DNA of 64,000 nt from assembly GCA_033442325.1 (NCBI GenBank), contig JAWQFM010000001.1, positions 133,014 to 197,013 on the forward strand. The letters are read 5' to 3'. Position 1 is the first letter of the stretch. Each line of letters opens with the position of its first letter. Position numbers and translations under genes: made by a program. The notes under the pieces are model-generated. The model was not told where the DNA came from. It did not search any database and was given only the letters and a program-made list of their open reading frames with translations. The stretch is from Salpingoeca rosetta. Its lineage: Eukaryota > Protista > Choanoflagellata. Of the stretch, positions 1 to 25,718 are shown piece by piece.

Positions 1-49
<49 letters not shown>

Positions 50-569
50 TGTGTGTGTGTGTGAGAGTGTGTGAATGTGTGTGAGTCCGTCCGTGTTGTA
101 CACACACGCTCCGCTTGTGCGATGATGCATCGAGTGATTTACAGCAGTACATGGCGTGGGTTCAATACGAGATGCAAAACTGATGCGGTGCGTGTGGCGA
201 AGCTCTCATCAACAACAACCAGAAATATACAGCAGCACCACAAACGAGAGAAAGGCAGGGTGGAACAAGGGGAACGAAGGCGGCACAGAAACAAGACACG
301 GACAACAAAGGGCAAGCAAGTGAATGGTGCAACGGCAATGGCCAGCAACACCGACGACAACAACAACGGGACGCAGAAGAACGGCTATTATGGCTACCGG
401 CAACAAGGGGAACAGCCACGAGAGACAAAACCCAAGAAGGAGGGAAGGCCCAAGCAAAGCGGGCAGATAACAGGAATAGCAAAGAAGCAAGCAAGCAAGG
501 CAAGGCAAGGCAAGGCAAGGCAAGGAAAGTTCGACTAAACAGAGAGAAGAGAGAAAAAGACTTATAGAG

Positions 570-674
<105 letters not shown>

Positions 675-737
675 CACAACACCCGACGCGGTGTGAAATC
701 ACTTGCGTCTGGCGGCAATCTCGTTGCGCTGGTGCTG

Positions 738-958
738 TCACGGAAAGATGTTTGTGATTTCCTGCAGACCAATCCCGGCAAGTCGCTTCTGTAGCCTCGC
801 ATCAAAGCCTGGCGTGGCCACTGTGAAATATTGCACACCAGAACAACCAAGCAGTGGCATGTGAGCTCTTGACACCCTGCATTGAACAAGACAATACACA
901 CGCATGCACGCACATATGCACATATGTACACACACACACACACACAAGCACGCACACA

Positions 959-1001
<43 letters not shown>

Positions 1002-3045
1002 ACACCCACACAAGCATGCACACACGCACACACACACACGCACACACACGTATGTTCAAGGCAAGGTGCAGTGTGCCGTGTCCCATGCACGTACGTGGAT
1101 TCGTTCGTTCCCGCGCCATGTCCAGCAGCTGCTCTCGTTGTTGCACATATTTCTCTCGCAGACGAAGGTCGCGTTCCCTCTGCTCCAACGCCCGTTCACG
1201 CGTCAACAGTCGTTGCTCACGCGCCTGTACATGCGGGCAAATCAGTGAGCACGGGAGCTTGGGATGAGACGGTGTCGAATGCACACTGTGCGTCTGCGTG
1301 TCTCGTCTACATCACGCCAACGACTTGCGTGGGTGCGTGTGTCTATGCGTGCCCGATTGAGAGCAGACACTGTGGGAGTATGAGGCCAAAAACAAAACCA
1401 CTTCAGCTGCTGTCACGCTTAGCTGCGCTCACCTTCAGCGACGCCTCCAACTGCCTCAGGTCTGCTGCCTTGTCGTGCGCGCTCGAGTGACTCGAGCACG
1501 AGCTCTCCTCACTGGAGCCAGCGTCGCTCCACATCTGAAGGAAATGGATAAATAACACGTGAGTGGTTCAGCAAAACCGGCTGAAGCAACACATCCTTGA
1601 AAATATCACGGCACACGAATGACCACACGCACCCACCGACAAACGCACACGCACGCATACAACGGCCACAATAGACAACATACACAACAATCAACGCACA
1701 AACATGCACAACTCCTGCATTGTCGCACCTCAGCGCGGCCAATGCGACGGGAGCAGTGTGCACAGAGCGGGACAGGGGTAAGATCGGAGCCTGCCCTCGG
1801 GCTAGGCGGTTGTGCAAAGTAGCTGTGCTCAAGCAACTCCTCCGCAGACGGTCGCTTGCGCGGATCTTGCTGAAGCATCGACCTGTTCGTGTTGAAGACG
1901 AAGACACAGCAGCAAAGGGGCGGGAGGGGGCCAAGGAAGAGGAGGCGTGAGTCGAACAGTTTTTCAACCAACACCGTGCAACATACAACAAGCACACCCG
2001 ACCAACTACGTGTATGTGGTTTGTGTGTGCGTGCATGCGTGCGTGTGTGTTCGTATGTACGCACGTGACGATGGCATTGAGCTGTGCAGAGTATCTTGAG
2101 GGGAGCGGCGAGAAGCGACCTTTCCTGATGCGCCGCGCCAATGACGCCTGGCAACTTGCGTCAAATGGCGGTCGCAGCGCAGCAAGCTCATACACGATGC
2201 AACCTAGGTATTCACCGCACACAGACATAGGGACGACGTGAGACACATTGTTGTTGCTGCGCATGTTGAGCAAGGCAAGAGCAAATGCGTCATGAGACGG
2301 TGGACATGGGTTGTGAAATCCACACCGGAAGTGAAAGATGAACTTGTGCTGTGCAAACTTACCCAGTGACCACATGTCTGACTTCTCGTTGTACGCGCGC
2401 TCCGTGATTTGCTCCTGCACACGACACAATAATGGGCACAGCTTAGTGCACATCAACAGAAGAAATGCAACTGTTCACGACCATGTGCTTGCTTGTGTGC
2501 TGGGGCGAAACTTAGACATTTCTTTTCGCATCACAACACACACAGCTTACCGGCGACATGTAGTATGGTGTGCCGACGAAAGTGTGTGCAAGCGCCGCCT
2601 TGCTTGCAAGCACGCGGGCCAATCCAAAGTCGCCCAGCTTGGCGTTATCTACAACCATGAGCGTTGCAATGCCATGGTATTGGCGACAATTATGTGAGCG
2701 TGAGAGCGTGCAATGCGGTGCGATTGCGTGTGTATGTGTATGAGTGTTGCAGTACAATTGTGTGTGTGTGTGTGCGTGTGTCTGAGTGGGTGTGTGGGTG
2801 TGTATGTACGTGTTTGGCAATTCATCCACTTTGGGTCACGTGTGCAGAAAAGAGGGCCATCAAGATGAAAGTGCATGGCCCGTATGTACACGCACGGTCT
2901 CGATCGAGGAAGATGTTTGCTGGCTTGAGGTCGCGATGCATCACTTTTCCACTCGATCTCAGATGACACTCCTGTTGCAGAGAACAACACATGGTTTCAG
3001 AATGTGGTCGTCACACTCAACGCACGCGCATGCAAGGAAGAATGC

Positions 3046-3132
<87 letters not shown>

Positions 3133-4261
3133 GCACGCACGCAGAGGCACGCAGAGGCACACAGGCACACACACAACTGCACACACGGTGTACCTGCAGT
3201 GCGAGGAGGACTTGCTTGAAGACGCGGCGAATGAACGGCTCCTCAAGCGTCGTGCTGTACAGCACAAGCAACAACAGCAACAGCAGCAACGTGATGGTGG
3301 AAGTATGGTCACGTGAGTCCAATGTAGTGGAAAAGTGTGTGTTGGGGTGTGACACCACGCTTGTGCGCATCAACAGACCGCGTGCGTACCCTGTGCGCTT
3401 GCATTGCTGGATGACACCAGAGAGGTCGCCGCCTTCACAATACTCCATCACAATGTAGATGGTCGTTCGTGACCGATCAATGATTCTGCATGTTGTTCAC
3501 CACACCGGAAAAGCAGTAGCGCAACACCAACGAGCCAGCGTGAGGTTATGCGAAGCGTGTGAACATGGTCGTTTGTGAGTGAGTGTGTATGTAAGGTATG
3601 TGAGTGTGTGTATGTGTGCGTGTGTGTAAATGTGAGTGTGCATCCAAGTGTATGTGTGCTTTTGCGTGTTGTCTGCACTAACGCTACAAGTGTGTTTTTG
3701 GGTTGCCTCACCTGTCGTAGTAGCGTACGATGTTTTCGTGTCTGAGCTCCCGCAAGATGTTGACCTCGGACACCAGCATCTGTTTCTCCCGCTCCGTCAT
3801 CTTGCCGTAGTTGAGCTCCTTCCACACCAAAATCTGGGTGTTGGTTGTCGGTAGTGGGTGGTGGCGAGCAGTTGGCGCTTCGAGGATGAGATTGGGGTGG
3901 CTTCACGGCTGCGTCTCATTCACTTCAACATGAAGGATTCGTGGCTGCACACACGCAGACACACACAGGCACACACAGACACACGCACACACACACGCAG
4001 ACACAGTTGCACGCACCTTGCGATCACTCTTGCGCATGACTTTGCTGCAGATGCCAAATGTTCCCGTGCCAATGCTTTCAAGCACAATGAAGTCGTCGCA
4101 TGTTGTGCTGTGTTTCTTCCTTGTCCCTGTCCATGAAGCAAGCACGCGTGGATATCAACAGATGTGAGTGCCTCAAGCTACACTCTCAGCACAACCAGGC
4201 CAATCATCAAAGACTCAAGCAAGGGAACAAGCGAACAAGTTGTTTGTGTACCTCCAGACAT
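738..4261 (-). CDS. NEK2: NIMA-related serine/threonine kinase, NEK2-like; ~13 exons
   Basis: Spliced GT-AG exons give [143 protein letters not shown] coiled-coil tail follows ([24 protein letters not shown]). Stop at 738-740. Confidence 0.93.
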
Positions 4262-4266
4262 GGCTG

Positions 4267-4390
<124 letters not shown>

Positions 4391-4893
4391 GGTGCTGGAT
4401 GAAGTATTGCAGTAGCAGCAGTGGTAGCAGCAGCAGCAGCAACAGCAGGCTCAAGCACTTGACGTGAGACAATTGCAGGTGAGCTCGCTGTGGGTCGTCC
4501 TGGATTGTGTTGATCAACGAACGTGGCGTATCGCAGCGGAGCAGTGTCGCAGCGTGTGAGATGGCTTGCTGCCCTTTTCAAATTTCGTTCCTGAGTGGGA
4601 GGTGGGCTGCTCGTTGGGACCGTTATGATTCGATGACTTGGTGGATGCATGCACACACTGACACGAGTCGGTCGGTCGCCGGGTTGCGGTCGGTGGGTGT
4701 CTGCTCGTGACGGCTGGCTCGGCTTTTCGTTTTTCCTTGCTGGTCATTAGTGGAAATTCGAATTTCCCTCCAAATTATTGTTTATATTTTCACCAGTATT
4801 TCGGCAACAGTAACTGCAACCAAACCTCCGCTGGTGGTGTCACCGCACACCACCTCGCACAAAGCCCCGCCGTGACGTCAGAGAGCTGTGTCC

Positions 4894-5051
<158 letters not shown>

Positions 5052-5300
5052 CGACAAGTTGCAATGGGCTTGGTAGCATCGAAGCAAGGCGCCAAGTGCG
5101 AGGTGTAACGGCGGGCCAGCATAACTCAGAAAAGGAAGGGAAGACAGTCAAAAGAGAGAGCGAGTGTGTGTGTATGTGTGTGTGTGTGTACAGATGATGT
5201 TGAGATGACATGAGCAAAGGCAGGTTGTTGCTGAAGAGGCAAGGAGATGATAAAGGTGGTGGAGGGAAAGTAAGAAGGCTGCTGTGTCCTATCGGCTGTA

Positions 5301-6667
5301 TCATTCCGATTGCGCTGGTTCATCGCTGCCTTCCTCTTGCTCTTCCTCTTGCTCTTCCTCTTGCTCCACCTCGTGCAGCTCTGCTCTCAGTAGCGTCATG
5401 GTCTTGATGCCTCGCCCAAGATACTTCCACTCTGTCCGCTCAGTCGCCTCTGCGTTTGTGTTGTGTGCATGTGTGTTGTATGTGTGTGTGTGAGGGAGGG
5501 AGAGGCTGGAGAGGCAACGGGGGCAAGCATGCACTGCAAAGAGTGCAGTGCACTTGCATTCGCGCGCGCACACACACGCGCACACACAAACACACTCATG
5601 CGCTGTCAACCTGCTTGTGTTGCTTGCAAGATGAGGTTGGTCCCAAACGCCTCTGCCCGGTGGGTGAGAAGATGAGGGAACGTAGCGGTGCGGAGAGACA
5701 TGTCAGTGAGAAGGGCACACGAACGACGCATGAAGACCGCACACACAGCTACACACACAGCTACACACACACACACACACACACGCACAGCTACACGCAC
5801 AGCTACACGCACAGCTACACGCACAGCTACACACACAACTTCATGTTTCCCTGTACCTGAGTACTGTCCAACAAACACGTCTGATCCCATGCGAAACACG
5901 GGCTGTGCTGTGTGCGCACCCTGTCAACACAAAATCCCACCAACAAGGGAATTGTGCATGAACCAAGCACACAGAGAAAGGAATCAGCAATGTGTACACT
6001 CTCACACATGAACGAGACTGGCTGTAGGGCAGTGCCCGTGTTGTCGTGTGTTGAGCACCTTTCCAACAACACCGAATACGTTGCAGCACACGCAACAAGA
6101 ACAACACATGCAAGCACGAGAAGGAAGGTGGCACCAGATGAAAACCTGCAGGTGTGCGCAACATACCACGACTTTGAAGGTCTCTGGTCGAAGATTCAGG
6201 CCAGCATACTTTGAATTGTGCACTGAGGCAACAACGTACTCCGTCTAAATGGTACATCGAGTGGTGACGGGGATGCGGAGGCGAGCAGTCATGTGCATGT
6301 GTGAAATGTGATGTGACTCTGGCATGTGTGACAGAATGCGATTGTCAAGCAAGATCCACACGTGATGTGACCATCACACACACACACATGCACACACGCG
6401 CACACCCAAACTCATGCACACACACGCACACAATCAATCAATCAAACGAACCTCCCACTCATTGTCGTCTTCTTCATTTCCATTGTGTTGTTGTTGCTGT
6501 TGTTGTGCCTCATTGCTGTCAGTGCTGGTGTCACTGATATCGCTGCCAGCACCTGTTGCCACCCCTCCTTGTTGCTCCCCTGCTGCCTCTTGTCCACCAC
6601 CACTCCCTTCTGCTGCTTGCCCTCTCCCACTCCCGCCACCAGCTGCTGCTGCTGTTGTTGCCTGCAT
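5301..6667 (-). CDS. GTF3C6: General transcription factor IIIC subunit 6 (TFIIIC35/Sfc7)-like; 5 exons
   Basis: Exons at ~6452-6667, 6166-6244, 5857-5920, 5610-5651 and 5301-5449 give ..EEDDNEWE-TEYVVASVHNSKYAGLNLRPETFKVV-GAHTAQPVFRMGSDVFVGQYS-EAFGTNLILQATQA-EATERTEWKYLGRGIKTMTLLRAEL plus an acidic tail. This matches the recalled TFIIIC_sub6 pattern (KVLGIDTERPILQV..VFAGEYEDTLGT.VIF). Confidence 0.75.
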
Positions 6668-6734
6668 ATCTGCCCTTGTCACCCGCAACACTGAAATCAG
6701 TTTTTGCCGCTGCTGTCTTGTTTGTGTGTGGGCG

Positions 6735-8456
<1,722 letters not shown>

Positions 8457-8948
8457 TGTAACATGACATGACGTCATACCCCAACTCCTCCAAGATGGAT
8501 TCTTGATGCGCGCATTGTAGGTCGAGCAATATGTATTGGGTGTTGGTTGACTTGGGGAAGTTGAACGCAACGAAAAAACGAAAGGCTTGCTTGTGTACGT
8601 TCGTGTGCAAGGGTGCAAAGTAAACGACCAATCAAGCGAGTGAAAGCAATCACGGCTCGTTCGTGCTACACCACCAACGCACGCCAAACAAAGAAGCTGC
8701 ATCTAGTAGTGGTAGTCGAGGAAGGTGTGCGTCATAGCAGCTGCGGCGAAAGTAAGACGAAGGTTGTGATACGAAGACAAGAGGTGCGGGCGAATTGGGA
8801 CGAAGGAAACCAGTGGCGAGCGACAACTCACAACACACCAGCCACGTCATCATATCATCACGCATCGTGTCATTACGACAAACAACAAAACAACTGCAAA
8901 CGCAAAAGCAAGTTGAGGCGATTCTGTTGTTGCATGTGCGCAGGCGGT

Positions 8949-12485
<3,537 letters not shown>

Positions 12486-12852
12486 AGTTGCGGTGAAAGG
12501 AAAGGCGAGAGGCAAAGGGAGAGCTGGTGGCGGTCTCTATCAATCGCGTGTGTGAAGCAAGCAGGAGTGGTAAATGGCGCTGGCAGCGTGGTTGCTGTGT
12601 TCTGGCTGGCTGGCGGTCTTGCCTTCTTCGTTTGCGTGTGTGTGTTTTGGTTGTGCCACGCCACTCGAGCGCTTCTTGCTTGTTGCTTCTTGCGCCCAAT
12701 GAAAACACACCCAAGGATTGCACAATATGAAAAAGTGTCTGGAGTGATGTGAGCGTTCTGCATGGGCCCGTTCCATACAGCGTGGGTTGAAAGTCAATTT
12801 TGACGTTGGTCGCGTGGGAAAATTTGCCTTTGGGAAGACGACGACAGCCAAG

Positions 12853-21128
<8,276 letters not shown>

Positions 21129-21550
21129 CCATCCTGTCACTGTCGTTGCCGCCCTAGTGAGAGAGTGGGAGAGAGGGCGCGCGCGCGTGTGTGCATGTGT
21201 GGGTGTGGAGTGTGTAGGTGTGTTCACCTGTGTTCATCTGTGTTCATCTGTGTGAACACCCGAGTTTTCGTGCCGTGTGCCGTGTGTTGTGTTGCTGTCG
21301 TGTGTTGTGGAAAGAGTAAAGCCTTGGTAGATTCAGTGAGAATGACAACAGCGATCGGACGAGCGTGGAAAGGTGTGACACTGCGTGCATCGGGCACTGT
21401 CACATCACAACATCATTTCACACCACTGAGCAATTCCGCTTTCTTCTTTGCTGCAGTGCCTTGGATCGACGAAGAATGGTGAAAAACTTGCCATAATCCT
21501 CCAAACTGCTCATCGCCAATCACAATCAATCAACTTTGGCCACCAGCAGC

Positions 21551-24107
21551 ATGTTGTCTCCTCGGGTGTTGTTGCCACGTGTGCTCGGCAGCGCCGGTGC
21601 GCTGAACGCCCTGAGCGGAGGCGGGCTGCGCAGTGGACGGACTGTGCGCAGCGCCCAGAACCATGTGCGCACCTACCTGAGCCGCCGCCACAAGAGCGAC
21701 AAGCCTTCCGAAGAGGCGGGTGCAGAAACACCACCGCCACCACCTCAGCCAAGTGCGTTGGTTGTATCCAACGTGATGTGATGTGATCGTGTCAACGTGC
21801 CGACGTGGTGTGTGTGTGTATGTATGTGTTGTGTGTATGTGTGTGTGTGTGTGTCCTGGCACTTGTTGTGTCAGACCTCTCCTGCCTCTGCTTCCTCATC
21901 TTACTCGGATTGTTTAACCCCAAGCAATGATGCCAAACGCACTCACGCGCACTTGCATACACACGTTCAATTGACAGAGGGTGGGGGACGCGGAGCGGCT
22001 CTTGCCATTGGTGCTGTGGGTGCAACGCTGATTGGTGGCGCTGTTGCCTACTTTATGCAGCAAGACCCTTCCAGTCAAAAAGCAATCGACGAGCACAACG
22101 CTGCCGTTGCAAGTCAGTCCTTTGTATGCGCGCGTGTGCGTGTTTGTTTGTTTGCTTGTTTGTTTGCTTGTTTGTTTGTTTGTTTGTTTGCTTGCTTGTT
22201 TGTTTGCTTGCTTGTTTGTTTGTTTGGTTGTTTGGTTGTTCGTTCGTTCGTTCGTGTAGGTGTGTATGTTTGTTTGTGTGTTCGTGTGTATGTATGTTTG
22301 TTTTGTGTGTATGTGTGTGTTTGTTTGTGTGTTCGTTTGTGTGTATGCACTTGTGTGCGTGTGTGTGTCAGGATGTCGATGAGTTGGGGTGTAAAGTCGA
22401 GGTGCTGGTGTAGACAAACCTGTTGAGCGTCTGCGCATGCACAGTCTTTCGACATGTGTTTTGTTTGTTGACCACGTTCTTCGACCCGTTCTTCATGGCT
22501 GTACGTGTAGATCAAGGTCTTCCCGCACGCAAGCGGCTGAGCAGGAGCACCGCGGTTGAATCGGCGCTCGTGCACAACCAAGCGAGCAAGCTTGCGTCAT
22601 GCCATGGCGTCTCCGAGATCCTCACGTGCTGGCTGGCAGCCAACGACCCGCTGGAGGATCGGCACAGCGAGCATTTTCTTGGCCCCCACGGCGTGCTCGT
22701 GGGCATGTATGACGGGCACAGCGGCTTTCAGACCTCGGATGCGCTCAGCGTGTTTCTGCCGACCTATGTGAAGCAAGCGCTTGAGAAGAGTGACTCGACA
22801 ACGGTGCAGGCCACGGCGGCGGCGCTGTCGGACGCGTTTGAGGCCTTTGACCGCGACTTCACCTCGGTCGTGCCCAAGATGGCGCTCGAGGTGCGATGGC
22901 AGTGATGTGGTGGTCAATGGGTGGTGGCATTGGTGGTGCTGATGGTCGATGGATTGCGGAATGCTTTGTCGAACGTCTCAGTGAGGAGCTGTCTTGGGCA
23001 AACACTGATGCAACACTGATGCGGATGCTGACACACTCACACTCACACACACTCACTCACTGATACACACACACTGATACACACACTGATACACACACTC
23101 ACACACACACACTGATACACACACACACGCACACACACTCACTCACACACACACACACTCACACACACACACACTCACACTCACTCACACAGACGAAGGA
23201 CAAGCGACTGCTGGAAGCGTTTGTCAACCCTGCGTTCAGCGGGGCGGTGGCGTGTGTCGCCCTCATCAACGCCACGGGCATCTACATTGCCAACACGGGC
23301 GACTGCCGCGCTGTCCTGGGCATCGAGCAGGCCGGCGGGCGTGTTGGCGCCGCCGTGCTCTCCAACGACCAGACGGGCACAACGCCATCGGAGGTGGCCC
23401 GTATCCGCCGCGAGCACCCGGGCGAGGACAAGTGCGTGTATCGCGGGCGGGTGCTGGGCGGCCTGCAGCCCTCGCGCGCGTTTGGCGACTCGCGGTACAA
23501 GTGGGAGGTGGCTGCCATGAAGGAGATTGGCGTGCGCGTGCCCAAGTACAGCAAGACGCCGCCGTATGTGACGGCCAAGCCCGAGGTGCTGCACACCAGC
23601 ATCGACGCGCAGGCCAAGTTCCTCATCCTGGCCACAGACGGCGTGTGGGACGTGGTGTCCTCGGACGAGGCTGTGCAGGTGGTGAGCAAGGCGCTCAAGA
23701 GCGGCAGCAGCACGCTGCTGGCCGCGGCCCAGCTGACCAAGCGCGCCCTCGAGCGCTATGCGGAGGAAGGCACCCAGGGGGACGTGGACAAGCTGCTGGA
23801 GATCCAGGCGCCGCAGGCCCGAAACTACCGCGACGACATCACGTGCTCTGTCGTGCTGCTGGAGGCGCAGAGCGTTGCGGCCGAGGAGGGCACACCCGAG
23901 GCGGCGGCAGCAGCGGCGCAGGCGGCAACAACGCCAAGCGCAGCATCCAACCTGGACAAGCCCGTTGGCCGCACGCTCGTGGACATCTTCCACATGCAGC
24001 GCAGGCAGCAGCAGGCAGCAGGCGCCGGGGCATCGCCCGCACAGCCACCAGCACCTGCCGCCGCCAACAACAACAACGGCAACAACGGCAGCGGCAACGG
24101 CGTATAA
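21551..24107 (+). CDS. PP2C-family phosphatase, pyruvate dehydrogenase phosphatase (PDP/Ptc5)-like; 4 exons
   Basis: An Arg-rich presequence (MLSPRVLLPRVLGSAG..) is followed by AANDPLEDRH, GMYDGHSG, IANTGDCRAVLG, GRVLGGLQPSRAFGDSRYKW, KTPPYVTAKPEV, FLILATDGVWD and RNYRDDITC. Exons 21551-~21752, ~21978-22111, 22511-22890, 23193-24107. Confidence 0.9.
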
Positions 24108-24185
24108 GCAGATGATGCTCACGCGCGCGCGTGTGTGTGTGTGCATGTCTGCCTGCCTGCTTGCGTTGCGCGCGCATGTGTGAGA

Positions 24186-24224
<39 letters not shown>

Positions 24225-24453
24225 ACGGGTCGCTTGCTGTTTGTTGTGCGGTTGCGATGGGACTGCTCGTTTGCTTTGACGTTGCTTTGAGTCTTGCGCC
24301 GTGGCTGGTGCTCACTGAACAGTTGGGTGCATTGCGTGAGACATGGCATGTGGTGAGAGGAAACAACAATACCAACAACACCAGCAACAACTAACAACCA
24401 ACAACAGCAGCAGGGGGGGGAGGAGGAACAATGAGACAACAACAACAACTGAG

Positions 24454-24486
<33 letters not shown>

Positions 24487-24590
24487 CAGTCCGCAAAACG
24501 AAATGACGTCGTGCATAAGTCCTGCTGCGTTTTTCCCACACACACACACACAACCAAGCAAGACAACAACAAGCAAGCAGGACAAGAACG

Positions 24591-24709
24591 ATGAGTGGGA
24601 GCGATGGGGTGGGTGGTGGCAGCAGCGGCGGTGCTGAGCTCGCCATCCCGTTTCGCATCCTGGATTGCTGTGCACTCGTTGGCGTGGACATTCCAAAGCA
24701 GCTTGACGC

Positions 24710-24783
<74 letters not shown>

Positions 24784-25198
24784 GTGTGTGTGTGTGTGTT
24801 GGCACAACTCTTCCTCTGTCACTCATCTTGTCGCTTTTGTATATTGCTCGTCTTCACCCGTCCATGGACTCTAACCCACACCACAAGGGGGCGATGATTG
24901 GCTGGACCAGCCCATATCCAAACCGGCTGTCTTGCACTGCTTCTCGGTGAGTCAGCGTGAGTGTGCGTTGCAGATCTTGATGATACATGCGCCTGTGTCA
25001 GTGTCGATCTCACGCAACCGATTTCATCTTGGCCTTGCAAGGGAGATGTGGGTAGTGCCTCAGATCTGAAAGTCAGCTCGCTGCTGGCCAATCATCATCC
25101 GGTGAGCTGCATGCATTCTTGATGCGGTTGGGGACGCGCACGGAAATGCACTTGAGTTTGCTTTGCTGCCTCTGCCATCACCATCACGCAGCCTGTCG

Positions 25199-25288
<90 letters not shown>

Positions 25289-25650
25289 NNNNNNNNNNNN
25301 NNNNNNNNNNNNNNNNNNNNNNNNNNNNNNNNNNNNNNNNNNNNNNNNNNNNNNNNNNNNNNNNNNNNNNNNNNNNNNNNNNNNNNNNNNNNNNNNNNNN
25401 NNNNNNNNNNNNNNNNNNNNNNNNNNNNNNNNNNNNNNNNNNNNNNNNNNNNNNNNNNNNNNNNNNNNNNNNNNNNNNNNNNNNNNNNNNNNNNNNNNNN
25501 NNNNNNNNNNNNNNNNNNNNNNNNNNNNNNNNNNNNNNNNNNNNNNNNNNNNNNNNNNNNNNNNNNNNNNNNNNNNNNNNNNNNNNNNNNNNNNNNNNNN
25601 NNNNNNNNNNNACCTAACCCGTAACCCTACCTACCTACCTACCTACCTAC

Positions 25651-25718
<68 letters not shown>

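Noticed and set aside
5740-5836. 12-bp CACAGCTACACG repeats and other short intronic arrays as a possible CRISPR or mobile element
   Set aside because: No unique spacers, terminal repeats or transposase; these are ordinary minisatellites.
25612-25630. CCTAACCC/TAACCC telomere-like words beside the gap
   Set aside because: Only two degenerate units at a low-quality contig edge, merging into (CCTA)n, inside a gene.
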